This document shows, piece by piece, positions 10,504 to 20,440 of a stretch of DNA of 64,000 nt; within the stretch, counting starts at the first letter, position 1, and every line of letters starts with the position of its first letter. Origin of the DNA: Candidatus Eiseniibacteriota bacterium (GTDB lineage: Bacteria > Eisenbacteria > RBG-16-71-46 > CAIMUX01 > VGJL01); the NCBI GenBank assembly GCA_963792585.1, contig CAWBWI010000001.1, positions 1 through 64,000 of the forward strand, read 5' to 3'. The notes beneath the pieces are model-generated. The model did not search any database and was not told where the DNA came from. It was given only the letters and a program-made list of their open reading frames with translations. Both the position numbers and the translations under genes were made by a program.

Positions 10504-11355
10504 ATGTATGAGGGGCATTACGGATTCGGGGAACCGCCCTTTCAGATCACGCCGGATCCCCGATTCCTGTTTCTCACCCGGGCCCACCGGGACGCTCTCG
10601 CGTACCTGACCTACGGCATCCGCGAGCGCAAGGGGATCCTCGTGCTGACGGGAGAAGTCGGCGTCGGGAAGACCCTGATGATCCGCACCCTTCTCGAGCA
10701 GCTGCCGGAGACCGTTGCGACGGCGGTTGTCATGAACGCGCGGCTGAACTTCAAGCAGCTCCTCTATCTCGCGCTGCTGGACTTCGGGGTCGTGCCACCT
10801 GGGCGGACGAAGGTGGACTTGCTTCTCTCCCTCCAGGAGCATCTGCTCCGTCTGCGCGCAAAGGACTCGACCGCCCTGCTGGTCGTCGATGAGGCGCAGA
10901 CGCTGACGGCCGGGGCGCTCGAGGAATTTCGGCTGCTCTCGAATTTCGAGACCAGCACCCACAAGCTGCTGCAGGTGCTGCTGGTCGGCCAGCCGGAGCT
11001 GAAGAGCACACTGAGCCTCCACTCGCTTCGCCAGCTCCGCCAACGAATCCCGGGGATCTGCGACATCTCGCGCATCCAACCGGAGAGCGTCATCGAGTAC
11101 GTCGAGCACCGTCTGCACCTGGCGAGCGACGGTCGATGCAGCGGGCTCTTCACGCCGGGGGCTCTCGCGGAGGTCGCCCGGTACTCGAATGGGATCCCGC
11201 GGATGATCAATCAGGTCTGCGAGCGCTCCCTCATCATCGGTTACGCTCAGGGCGCGGACCGGATCGAGGAATGTCACGTCCGCGACGCGGCTCGCGAGTT
11301 GGACGAGGGGTACGTCGGAATGACCGCCCCCACGTATCACGGCGATTCGATCTAG
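10504..11355 (+). CDS. ExeA/GspA-family AAA ATPase associated with the polysaccharide locus
   Basis: MYEGHYGFGEPPFQITPDPRF, Walker A GEVGVGKT, VVDEAQ, LVGQPEL, GIPRMIN. Confidence 0.9.
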   Translation: MYEGHYGFGEPPFQITPDPRFLFLTRAHRDALAYLTYGIRERKGILVLTGEVGVGKTLMIRTLLEQLPETVATAVVMNARLNFKQLLYLALLDFGVVPPGRTKVDLLLSLQEHLLRLRAKDSTALLVVDEAQTLTAGALEEFRLLSNFETSTHKLLQVLLVGQPELKSTLSLHSLRQLRQRIPGICDISRIQPESVIEYVEHRLHLASDGRCSGLFTPGALAEVARYSNGIPRMINQVCERSLIIGYAQGADRIEECHVRDAARELDEGYVGMTAPTYHGDSI

Positions 11356-11364
11356 GGGACCAAG

Positions 11365-12123
11365 ATGAGCAACATCTTCGATGCTCTCAAGAAGAACCAA
11401 ACGACGACCCCAAAGAAGCCGACGACAGGGGAGCCGTTTCCCGTCCGCCCGGCTGCGCAGGCTCCGGCAAAGGGGCCCGATGTCCCGTACCGGGCGGTGA
11501 GGGAACTCGAGGTTCTCTCCGAACGGGTCGAGTCCGAACTTCCGCGAACGGGCCGGCGGGTCTTTGCCGTCACCGCAGCGGTGGCCGGGGAGGGGGCCTC
11601 GACGATCAGCCTGCAGCTGGCCCGCACCCTCGCGCGCAAGAGCGACGGAAAGGTCCTCCTGATCGATGGAGACACCTCGCGCGGCGCGGGCACTCTCTCG
11701 CAGTCGATCGGGAAGGCCGGGAGTTTGCCGGGCCTCGCCGAGGTGCTCCAAGGGGAGGTCGAACTCTCGAAGGCGATCCTCTCGACGGACGAACCCAACC
11801 TCCACTTCCTGCCGGCGGGACTGTCTCCCATCGCTTTCGGGGACGGCGCCGTCGGCGACAAGATGCGCCAGTTCCTGGACGACATGGCGACCCTCTACCG
11901 GGTGGTCGCCGTCGACTCACCGCCGGTGTTGAGCCATCCGGAGTCCCGGAGTCTCGCCGCGCTGACCGACGGCGCCGTTGTCGTTCTGCAAGCCCATCGG
12001 ACCCGCCGCGAGGTCGTGCAGAAAGCCATGGCGATCCTCCAGGGCGCGCATGTTCGCGTGCTCGGCGTCGTTCTGAACCGTCGCCGCTACCCCGTCCCAG
12101 AGTTCCTCTACCGCCGCCTGTAA
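11365..12123 (+). CDS. CpsD/CapB-family tyrosine kinase-like protein
   Basis: GEGAST (variant Walker A), VLLIDGD, VDSPP, LGVVLN. Confidence 0.8.
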   Translation: MSNIFDALKKNQTTTPKKPTTGEPFPVRPAAQAPAKGPDVPYRAVRELEVLSERVESELPRTGRRVFAVTAAVAGEGASTISLQLARTLARKSDGKVLLIDGDTSRGAGTLSQSIGKAGSLPGLAEVLQGEVELSKAILSTDEPNLHFLPAGLSPIAFGDGAVGDKMRQFLDDMATLYRVVAVDSPPVLSHPESRSLAALTDGAVVVLQAHRTRREVVQKAMAILQGAHVRVLGVVLNRRRYPVPEFLYRRL

Positions 12124-12130
12124 GTCGGGC

Positions 12131-13285
12131 GTGGAGGGGAACGAAGGGATGCCGGCCGTGGCGGTCCGCGTCGGGTTTCCCGAAGCAAATGCTCTAAGCC
12201 ACCAAGCATGGGTCGGAGAGCGGGCGGCCGCGACGCTGCCGCTCGTCATCGAGACCGTAGGGAAGCGCTGTGAACCGTTCACAACGCTTCTCATCTTTCT
12301 TGCCGGCAGCGCGCTCCATGGGGAGCTCTGCGGGATCACCATCCCCGACGGCCGGAGACGCTACCTATCCGACATCGATGTGGGGATCCTGACCCGGTGG
12401 CGCGTACCGGCGTCCGATCAGGGGGAGATCGCGCGGGCGGCCGCATCGACGGCGGGCGAGGCTCCGGAGCCACGCTTGGGCTTCTACTGTGAAGAGGATC
12501 TTTCGCGTCAGGATCCGACCCTCGGTCTCGTCGAGGGGGTGCGGCACGGGATCGTCGTGCGTGGCGACGCCGCGCAGTTGAGTCGATTCCGGGTTCCCGC
12601 GCTGCGGGCGATTCCGGCGGCGGAGGCCAGACGTTTGCTCGCCAACCGGGTTCTCGAGTGGTTGGCGTGCCGTGTCGCCGGGGAAGCGGATCCCGGGCCT
12701 ACCTACGCCGCCTGCAAACTGGTCGCGGACCTTGCGGCCGTTTCGCTGCTGGCGCGAGGAGCCTATCGGGGCGGCGGATACCGAGAGCGCGCCCGGATGG
12801 CTCGGGAACTCGCTTGTCTCGATGCGCCGGCTCAGGCCCAGGTCGATGCCTGGACCGAGTGGAGGCTTCTACCCCGTTGGGATCTCACACCGGTCGGGAC
12901 CGCTGTGGACGATGGCCGGGCCCCCGAGCTGCTCTCCGCCCGCGTGCGGGAGGCGACCCGCGAGGGGTTGCGTATCTGTTCCGGTGACGTCGACATCGGT
13001 CGTTTCCTCCGCGGGATCGATCCCGGTCCCCGCGTGCGCGCGCGTTCTTGGAAGCGGTGGACCGCCTCCAGGCCTGGTAGAATCCTGGGTCTGCGGCCCG
13101 CGAACTGGTTGCACAGCCCGCGCGGTCTGCTCTGGGGCGCGGCGATCGCATGCGCGCTCGACGATGAAGCGATGACCGCGCAGTGGCTCTCGCGGCTGGG
13201 GGCGGCGCGGGAGTTCGAGGCGGCTCCCGATGCGGAGCGGATCGTGGCGATCGCGCGCTCGATGGAGAGAGAGGGGATCGACTAG
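12131..13285 (+). CDS. hypothetical protein with nucleotidyltransferase-like motif
   Basis: LAGSALHGE...LSDIDVGIL resembles the Pol-beta-type GS/DxD motif. Lies within the operon. Confidence 0.55.
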   Translation: MEGNEGMPAVAVRVGFPEANALSHQAWVGERAAATLPLVIETVGKRCEPFTTLLIFLAGSALHGELCGITIPDGRRRYLSDIDVGILTRWRVPASDQGEIARAAASTAGEAPEPRLGFYCEEDLSRQDPTLGLVEGVRHGIVVRGDAAQLSRFRVPALRAIPAAEARRLLANRVLEWLACRVAGEADPGPTYAACKLVADLAAVSLLARGAYRGGGYRERARMARELACLDAPAQAQVDAWTEWRLLPRWDLTPVGTAVDDGRAPELLSARVREATREGLRICSGDVDIGRFLRGIDPGPRVRARSWKRWTASRPGRILGLRPANWLHSPRGLLWGAAIACALDDEAMTAQWLSRLGAAREFEAAPDAERIVAIARSMEREGID

Positions 13286-13288
13286 AAG

Positions 13289-14461
13289 ATGACGGAAGGG
13301 GACGGTCGCGATCTTTCGCTCGTCTTCCTGATCGACGCGCTCGGTTACGAGCAGGTCGGGAGAGGCGGTTTCCTCGACGATCGCATTGCTCTCGATCGCC
13401 CGAGGGTGCGCTCCGTCTTCGGTTTCTCGTCCGCGGCAATCCCGAGTTTGCTGACCGGACGGCCGCCGCGCGAACACGGCCACTGGTCGATGTACCGGCG
13501 CGACATGGGCGATTCGGTCTTCGCCCCCTATGCGGACTTGCTGAGAATCGCGGGCCGCCTGCCGCGTGGCCAGTGGCGTACCCGGAGCTGGCTCAGTGGA
13601 CGGCTCCGTCGAAGGGGTCTCACGGGCTATTTCGATCTCTACGAGGTCCCGCTCGCCTACCTGCCCCTCTTCGACCTCTGCCAGCGTAGGAACATCTACA
13701 GGCCCGGGGCCTTCGCGACGACCAAGAGCCTATTCGACCGGCTCGAGGCGGCGCGCGTCGCGTGGCGCGTCTGGGACTGGTCGTGCTCCACCGAACGGGC
13801 GTTCGTCGAGATGAAGCAGGCGGCGGCAGGGGGCAATGAGCGCCTGCTCTTGCTCTACACGCCGGAACTCGACGCGACCATGCACACCCACGGGCCCGGT
13901 TCCGCAGCCGCCAGAGCATGGCTCACGCGATGCGAGGAGAGGATCGGAGAGGTCATCGACGCCGCCCGCGCGGCGGGGCGTCAACCGCGCATCCGGATTT
14001 TCGGGGACCATGGGATGGCGCAGGTGCGCGGATACGCGGACGTCATGGCGGCGCTCACGCGGCTCGAATGGCGGATGCCGCGCGACTACACCGTCTTCCT
14101 CGACAGCTCGATGGCGCGCTTCTGGTTCGCGAACGAGCGTGCCCGCACGGAGATCCTCTCGAAGCTCACGGGGCTGCCCGGAGGGCGGTTCATACCGGAA
14201 TCCGAGATGGGCGAGCTCGGCGTCGATGTGGCCGGGCATGCCTATGGCGAAGCCGTCTGGCTCTGCGATCCCGGGATCGTCATCCTGCCCAGCTTCATGG
14301 GGAGCACCCCGCTCGAGGGCATGCACGGATACCACCCCGACGATCCGGACACCGACACCACGTTGCTCGCCGATCCTCCTCCGGAGCGGCCCGTCAACTC
14401 GATCCTCGACATCACGCCGATGCTCCTGTCCGATCTGGGACTGGGGATGGGGGAGGAATGA
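13289..14461 (+). CDS. alkaline phosphatase superfamily / nucleotide pyrophosphatase-like protein
   Basis: LIDALG, ELDATMHTHG, GDHGM and GMHGYHP metal-binding motifs. Confidence 0.8.
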   Translation: MTEGDGRDLSLVFLIDALGYEQVGRGGFLDDRIALDRPRVRSVFGFSSAAIPSLLTGRPPREHGHWSMYRRDMGDSVFAPYADLLRIAGRLPRGQWRTRSWLSGRLRRRGLTGYFDLYEVPLAYLPLFDLCQRRNIYRPGAFATTKSLFDRLEAARVAWRVWDWSCSTERAFVEMKQAAAGGNERLLLLYTPELDATMHTHGPGSAAARAWLTRCEERIGEVIDAARAAGRQPRIRIFGDHGMAQVRGYADVMAALTRLEWRMPRDYTVFLDSSMARFWFANERARTEILSKLTGLPGGRFIPESEMGELGVDVAGHAYGEAVWLCDPGIVILPSFMGSTPLEGMHGYHPDDPDTDTTLLADPPPERPVNSILDITPMLLSDLGLGMGEE

Positions 14462-15462
14462 GCCGCAGGATCTCATTCGTCCTCGGACTCGCCCTGAGCG
14501 CGCTCTTTCTCTACCTGGCCGTGCGCGGGGCGCGGCTGTCGGACATGACAGCCGTGTTCGCAAGGGCGAACTACTGGTACATGATTCCGTGCGTGGCGTT
14601 CACGCTGATCGCCTACTGGCTCCGTTCCCTGCGGTGGCGCTATCTCCTCCACTCGGTTCGCCCGATCCCGCTGGCAACGCTGTTCTCGGCGACGATGATC
14701 GGCTTCTTCGCGAACAACGTTCTGCCCGCACGGTTGGGGGAACTGGTGCGTGCGCACGTTGTCGGACGGCGGGCGGGCATCAGCCGGACCGCGGCCCTCG
14801 CGAGCATCGTGATCGAGCGGATCTTCGACCTCTTCACGCTCCTGGCCCTGTTCGGGGTGGTCTCCTTCATCTCTCCCTATCCGGGGATCGTCGGAAAGGC
14901 GGCCCTGGTCGTCTTTGGATTCGGCTTTGCGGCGTTGATCGGCTTGATCGTCTGGAATCGCCATCCGGACCGTTTCGTCAAGGTCCTGCTCCGGTTCGTT
15001 CCCTCGCGAGGGCGGGATCGGGCGGCCGGGCTTGCCGGCGGCTTCCGGGAGGGTCTCGGCGTTTTCGACACCGGCGCCCACCTCTGGATCGTGGGGCTGA
15101 TCTCCCTGCTTCACTGGGCGGCGATCATCGTCGTGACATGGCTCTGCATCCGCTCCCTGGGAATCACGGCGCCGCAGCCGCAGGCTTCCCTGGTGGCCCT
15201 GGTCGCGATCGCCCTGATCACCATGGTGCCCAGCGCCCCCGGATTCGTGGGGACCCTGCAAGGGGCGGGCACGGCGGCTCTGCTGGTTTTCGGCGTTCCG
15301 AAGGAGCAGGGCCTGGCCTTCTCGATCCTGTACCACGCGACCCAGTGGCTACCGGTCAATATCGTCGGGGCGTTTTACCTGGTTCGCGAAGGACTGAGCC
15401 TGGGTCAATTGAGTCGGATCGCCTCCCCGGGAGGGGGAGGGGAGGCCGGTCGGACGTCTTGA
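14458..15462 (+). CDS. lysylphosphatidylglycerol synthase TM-domain (flippase-like) protein
   Basis: RSLRWRYLL, NNVLPARLGELVRA, ERIFD, PSAPGFVG. ATGA overlap with the upstream gene. Confidence 0.85.
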   Translation: MSRRISFVLGLALSALFLYLAVRGARLSDMTAVFARANYWYMIPCVAFTLIAYWLRSLRWRYLLHSVRPIPLATLFSATMIGFFANNVLPARLGELVRAHVVGRRAGISRTAALASIVIERIFDLFTLLALFGVVSFISPYPGIVGKAALVVFGFGFAALIGLIVWNRHPDRFVKVLLRFVPSRGRDRAAGLAGGFREGLGVFDTGAHLWIVGLISLLHWAAIIVVTWLCIRSLGITAPQPQASLVALVAIALITMVPSAPGFVGTLQGAGTAALLVFGVPKEQGLAFSILYHATQWLPVNIVGAFYLVREGLSLGQLSRIASPGGGGEAGRTS

Positions 15463-15603
15463 CCGACGAATAAACATGCGATATGATTCAAACCGTCCAA
15501 CTGAATGCTGGAAAGGAGGGATTTACCCGAACCCCTTGCTAACGGGATCTTCGAGGTCGCAACCTTCAGGATCACCGAACTCTAACTGACACACATCTTA
15601 AGG

Positions 15604-16479
15604 ATGCGGCCCAGCTCCAGGGGGCTGCCCGGACAACACGTTCCGTCGGTGGAGGTCCCGTCGCACGGCAAGGAGTGTTCATCTGTGTTTCCAGCATCGC
15701 TGCTTGGACGCCGCCACAACCACGTCCCGGATCCGGGCGGATGTCGCCCCGTCCTCTTCGCCAAGGACTCTCCCTTAGGTCCACCGGCGGGGGGTGAGGC
15801 GGGCATCGGGTCCCGGACGGAGACGCCCGATCCCGCGGCGAGCCGTGGTCAGGTTCCCGTGGAACCCGATCGCGGGTTCTACCTGCGCCGCGGCAAGCGA
15901 GTCCTCGACCTGGCGTTCGGCGCCGCAGGCTTGCTGGTTGCTCTGCCCCTCTATCTCCTCTGCGCTCTCGCGATCAAGTTGGACACTCCTGGCCCCGTTC
16001 TCTATTGCTCCACCCGGGTCGGACTGGGGGGAAGGACGTTCACGTTTTACAAGCTCCGCTCGATGATCCACGGCGCGGACAAGACGCGCCATCAAATCGC
16101 CCACTTGAACGAGGTGAGCGGACCGGTCTTCAAGATCGCCCGCGATCCTCGCATCACGCGGGTGGGACGCATTCTTCGGCGGACGAGCCTGGACGAACTT
16201 CCGCAGATATTCAATGTCCTGAAGGGGGACATGTCCCTGGTCGGACCTCGACCTCCGATTCCGCAGGAGGTCGTTCAATACGAGCCGTGGCAATTGCGCA
16301 GGCTTTCCGTGCGTCCGGGGATCACCTGCCTCTGGCAGGTGAGCGGCCGGAGCCGGCTCGGTTTCGACGAGTGGATGCGGCTGGACATGGAGTACGTCGA
16401 GCGCCGGAGCTTCGGCCTCGACCTTTCGATCCTCGCGCGCACGATCCCCGCCGTCTTCGGCGGGAAGGGCGCGTACTAG
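15604..16479 (+). CDS. priming sugar transferase (Bac_transf family); start uncertain
   Basis: [55 protein letters not shown]. Confidence 0.9.
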   Translation: MRPSSRGLPGQHVPSVEVPSHGKECSSVFPASLLGRRHNHVPDPGGCRPVLFAKDSPLGPPAGGEAGIGSRTETPDPAASRGQVPVEPDRGFYLRRGKRVLDLAFGAAGLLVALPLYLLCALAIKLDTPGPVLYCSTRVGLGGRTFTFYKLRSMIHGADKTRHQIAHLNEVSGPVFKIARDPRITRVGRILRRTSLDELPQIFNVLKGDMSLVGPRPPIPQEVVQYEPWQLRRLSVRPGITCLWQVSGRSRLGFDEWMRLDMEYVERRSFGLDLSILARTIPAVFGGKGAY

Positions 16480-16539
16480 GGTCATCCGGGACGCCTCGGG
16501 AGCGATCCTCCCGAGTCGGGCGAGGAGTTCGATTCGATC

Positions 16540-18072
16540 GTGGTCCGGGGTGAGAGGAAAGCCGTAATCGTGTTGATGCTCCTGTGCGCGGCGGCGCTTG
16601 CGCTACGCCTATGGGGTCTCACGCGTCAATCTCTCTGGATCGACGAGATGTTCTCACTGAAGTACGCCAAACCGGGCGAGGCGCTTCAGTGGATCCACCT
16701 TCGGGAGAACCTGCATGGTCCCCTCCATGCGCTCCTCCTGCATCTCTGGTGCGGGGTCGCGGGTTGGGGGGAACTGGCGTTGCGTTTGCCCCAGGCGCTG
16801 GCCTCCGCAGCGACGATTCCGTTTTTCTTCTTCGCGGTGCGGCCGGCATTCGGTGAGCGGCGCGCCCTCGCAGGGGCGATCGCCCTGACGCTGAATCCCT
16901 TCCACATCTGGTACGCGCAGGAAGTTCGCAACTACGCATTCCTCGTCCTGTTCACCGTTCTGGCGCTTGGCGCGATCCAGAGCCTGGAGGCGCGGGGGCG
17001 TCTGCGCTCGATCCTCGGCCTGGCGTTCAGTTGGATCGGGGGGCTCTTGTTCAATCTGAGCTTCCTCTTCCACATCGCCTCCGCGGCGCTCTGGGGGCTC
17101 ATCCAGATGCGCGGCCGGCCGGCGCGGATCGCTGCCCTCGCGGGGGCCGCGGCGATCACGGTTCTGGCGATGCTCCCATGGGGGCTCGAGTTCTATCACC
17201 AGCGCATCTCGCAGTCGTACCTGCTCCGTCTCGAGCCTGTCCCACAGGAGGAGAGGCTGCGGGGCGAGGCGACCGCGCCGATCCTCGCCCTTCCGTATGC
17301 AGCCTATGCGTGGTCCGTCGGGTACAGCCTGGGACCATCCTTGCGCGAACTGCGCCGGAGTCCTTCCGTGCAGATGCTGGCCCGGCATCCGATCGCTGTT
17401 GGCGCGACGGCGGTTTGCTTCGGCACGCTCGGGGTTGCAGGGCTTTGGTCCTGGTTGAGGAGGGACAGTCGCAAGCGCCTTTGGCTGCTCTGTCTGATCC
17501 TCCCGCTTGCCCTGGCGTTCCTCGCGGCCACCCGAAACGTCAAGGTGTTCAACCCGCGCTACGTCTCCGTCGCGCTGCCCGCCTATTTGATGCTTCTCGT
17601 CGATGGGGCCGCTTCGTTGAAGGTCCGCGGGCTCGGAGGGCTCCTCGCCGCGGGCGCCGTGGTTCTTTCGCTGGTGAGCGTCGTTCAGTTGCAGACCCAG
17701 CCCCGATACTGGAAGGAGGACGCGCGGTCCGCCGCGCGAATTCTCCGGTCCGAGGTCGCCGCCGGCGACTTGATCCTCGTGGCTGGGACCTGGGATCCCA
17801 TCTATCGCTACTACTGGCCGGGTCTGCGCGAGGACCGCTCGATCGGCCGTTGGTTCGTTCCCTACCGGGAGGGACCCGAAGGGCTGCGCGGTCAGGAAGC
17901 GCTCGCGGCCGTCCGTGAGGCGCGCCGGACCTACGTCCTGTTCTATCGCGACGACTTCCACGATCCATCCGGGGCCTGGGAGGCATTCCTGAGGGAACGT
18001 TTCCCGATCGATCGGACATGGGAGTTCCCGGGGGCTCGGATCTGGCGCCTCGGCGGGGGAGGTACCCCGTGA
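16540..18072 (+). CDS. GT-C (family 39 / PMT-like) membrane glycosyltransferase
   Basis: QSLWIDE, HGPLH, LRLP, NPFHIWYAQEVRNYA, many TM helices. Confidence 0.8.
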   Translation: MVRGERKAVIVLMLLCAAALALRLWGLTRQSLWIDEMFSLKYAKPGEALQWIHLRENLHGPLHALLLHLWCGVAGWGELALRLPQALASAATIPFFFFAVRPAFGERRALAGAIALTLNPFHIWYAQEVRNYAFLVLFTVLALGAIQSLEARGRLRSILGLAFSWIGGLLFNLSFLFHIASAALWGLIQMRGRPARIAALAGAAAITVLAMLPWGLEFYHQRISQSYLLRLEPVPQEERLRGEATAPILALPYAAYAWSVGYSLGPSLRELRRSPSVQMLARHPIAVGATAVCFGTLGVAGLWSWLRRDSRKRLWLLCLILPLALAFLAATRNVKVFNPRYVSVALPAYLMLLVDGAASLKVRGLGGLLAAGAVVLSLVSVVQLQTQPRYWKEDARSAARILRSEVAAGDLILVAGTWDPIYRYYWPGLREDRSIGRWFVPYREGPEGLRGQEALAAVREARRTYVLFYRDDFHDPSGAWEAFLRERFPIDRTWEFPGARIWRLGGGGTP

Positions 18073-19220
18073 TCGCCGGGCGGACGCGCGTGACGCTCTA
18101 CAGCGACGCGGCCTACTACGGAGGCGCCGAAGTCTATCTATCGATGCTGGCGCGCCATCTCGATCGAGAACGCTTCGAGCTGTCCGCCCTCGTACCCTCG
18201 GATCCGCCCGTCGAGCGACTGGAGAGCGAGTTGCTTGCGGCGGGCGCATCCCTCGTCCGGCACGAGCGCCCCGGATTCCGTTGGTGGAAAGCCGTCCCCC
18301 GCCTGCGCCGCGCTTTGGCCGATATCGGCGGCGAGGTTCTTCATATCAATCTCCCGAGCGCATACGACGCGTGCCTCTCCTCGGTCGCCCTGGCGGCGAA
18401 GCTCGCCGGCTATCGTCGCGCCGTCACGACAGAGCATCTGCCGATGATCCGCCGGCGGTATCGAAAGTTCCCCGGCAAGGTCCTCTTCGGGGAATCGTTG
18501 GATGCGATCATCGTGCCCGCCCGCGCGACGCGGGCCTTCGTCGTCGATCTGCACCGGATGCCGTGGGAGAAGACGCGCATCATCCCCTACGGGGTCGAGG
18601 AGCCGGGGCCGCTCGGGGCCGGGGTGGAAGAGACCCTCCGCGAGCGGACCGGCGCGCCGCGGGGCATGCTCATCCTGGGGATCGTGGGACGGCTCACGGA
18701 GCGCAAAGGACATCGCTATCTTCTGGACGCCCTCACGATCCTCGGGGGCGCGGCCGGCCTGCCGGCGATGCGCGTCTGGGTGATCGGGGAAGGGGAGGAT
18801 CGCGAGAAGATCGAGGAGATGATCCGCGCCCGTGGGTTGGGGGAGATCGTCCGTCTTCTGGGCCCGCGAGCCGATGCGGCCGCGCTGATGCCGCTGCTCG
18901 ATCTCCTGGTGGTTCCTTCCCTGATGGAGACGACACCGTTCGTGATCCTCGAGGCGATGGCGGCGGGGCGCGCGGTCGTCGCTTCGAGCATCTACGGCAT
19001 TCCCGAGATGATCGAGGAAGGAGAGAGCGGTTCCCTGGTAGAGCCGGGGGATGGGGAAGGGCTCGCGCGCGCCCTCTCCCCGCTCATCGCCGACCGCGCG
19101 CTGCGCGAGAGGTTTGGGCGACGGGGGCGGGAGCGATACGAGGCGACCTTCTCGGCCGATCGGATGGCCCGCGCCACCGAGGCCGTCTACCTTGCGCGCG
19201 AATTGGAGGCGGCGGCATGA
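18069..19220 (+). CDS. glycosyltransferase family 4
   Basis: GGAE, GRLTERKGH, ETTPFVILEAMAAG. Confidence 0.9.
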   Translation: MIAGRTRVTLYSDAAYYGGAEVYLSMLARHLDRERFELSALVPSDPPVERLESELLAAGASLVRHERPGFRWWKAVPRLRRALADIGGEVLHINLPSAYDACLSSVALAAKLAGYRRAVTTEHLPMIRRRYRKFPGKVLFGESLDAIIVPARATRAFVVDLHRMPWEKTRIIPYGVEEPGPLGAGVEETLRERTGAPRGMLILGIVGRLTERKGHRYLLDALTILGGAAGLPAMRVWVIGEGEDREKIEEMIRARGLGEIVRLLGPRADAAALMPLLDLLVVPSLMETTPFVILEAMAAGRAVVASSIYGIPEMIEEGESGSLVEPGDGEGLARALSPLIADRALRERFGRRGRERYEATFSADRMARATEAVYLARELEAAA

Positions 19221-20440
19221 CCGTCCTCCTCGCAAACAAGTTCCACTATCTGAAGGGGGGCGCGGAGCGCTACTACCTCGACCTCGGCGAGCTCCTCGCG
19301 CGCAACGGCGAGCGCGTCGTCCACCTCTCGATGCGCCATCCCTCCAACCTTCCGGCAGGCGCGGACGACCGGTTCGTCCGCGAGGTCGACTACCGCGGCC
19401 GGATGGGTTTGGCCGCCCGGATCGGACACGGACTTCGCAGCATCTCGAACGGCGAGGCTGCTGCGGCCGCGAGAGGGATCGTGCGGGTCGTGAGACCCGA
19501 CGTCGCCCACCTGCACAACGTCTATCACCAGCTTTCCCTTTCGGTGGTCCGGGCACTCGACGCGGAGGGAATCCCGGTCGTCCAGACCCTGCACGACTAC
19601 AAGCTGGTCTGTCCCGCATACCTCCTGATGACCGAGGGCAAGGTCTGCGAGCGCTGCCGCGGCGGGCGTTTCTACGAGGCGGTCCGGCACCGCTGCTTGC
19701 TCGACTCGCACGCGGCGAGCGCCGTCGGCGCCTTCGAGGCGTATCTTCACCAGTGGATCCGGACCTACGCGAAGGTGCGTCTCTTCATCTGTCCCAGCGA
19801 GTTCATGCTGGAGAAGGTCGCCTCTTTCGGCGTGGATCGCCGGCGCCTGGTCCACCTGCCCTACTTCATTCCGCTGGACCGCTACACGCCGTCGCCGGAG
19901 CGTGGGGACTACTACGTATACGCCGGACGCCTCTCGCGAGAGAAAGGGATCGTCACCCTGCTCGAGGCGCACGCCCGTCTGGGCCGCACGCGGCCGCCAT
20001 TGCGCGTGCTGGGCGATGGGCCGCTGCGGGAATCGCTTGAGGCGCGTCGCGCCGAACTCGGGCTCGAAGACGTGTCCTTCGAAGGACACCAGAGCCTGCC
20101 GCGGCTCGAAGAGATCATCGGCCGCGCCCGATTCGTCGTCGTGCCGAGCGAATGGTACGAGAACTACCCTTATGCGATCCTCGAGGCCTTTGCGCTGGCC
20201 AGGCCCGTTGTCGGCGCCCGGATCGGCGGGATCCCCGAGCTCGTTCGCGACGGGGAGACCGGCAGGACCGCCCCCTCCGGCGATTCGGAGGGATTGGCGG
20301 AAGCCCTCGCGTCGATGATCGCCGACCCGGCGAAGGCCGAGGAGATGGGGCGCGCCGCGCGCGCCTGGGTCGGCTCGCAACTTGCCCCCGAACCCCACCT
20401 GTCCCGCATCCGCGAGATCTACGCGGAGGTGGCGAGATGA
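19217..20440 (+). CDS. glycosyltransferase family 4
   Basis: KGGAERY, HLHNVYHQ, GRLSREKG, PSEWYENYPYAILEA. Confidence 0.9.
   Translation: MTVLLANKFHYLKGGAERYYLDLGELLARNGERVVHLSMRHPSNLPAGADDRFVREVDYRGRMGLAARIGHGLRSISNGEAAAAARGIVRVVRPDVAHLHNVYHQLSLSVVRALDAEGIPVVQTLHDYKLVCPAYLLMTEGKVCERCRGGRFYEAVRHRCLLDSHAASAVGAFEAYLHQWIRTYAKVRLFICPSEFMLEKVASFGVDRRRLVHLPYFIPLDRYTPSPERGDYYVYAGRLSREKGIVTLLEAHARLGRTRPPLRVLGDGPLRESLEARRAELGLEDVSFEGHQSLPRLEEIIGRARFVVVPSEWYENYPYAILEAFALARPVVGARIGGIPELVRDGETGRTAPSGDSEGLAEALASMIADPAKAEEMGRAARAWVGSQLAPEPHLSRIREIYAEVAR

Noticed and set aside
9250..11805. 851-aa minus-strand ORF and many similar long antisense or alternate-frame ORFs (e.g. 16654-18249, 25572-27263, 46699-48300)
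   Set aside because: Shadow ORFs of GC-rich coding DNA overlapping well-supported genes, with no recognisable motifs.
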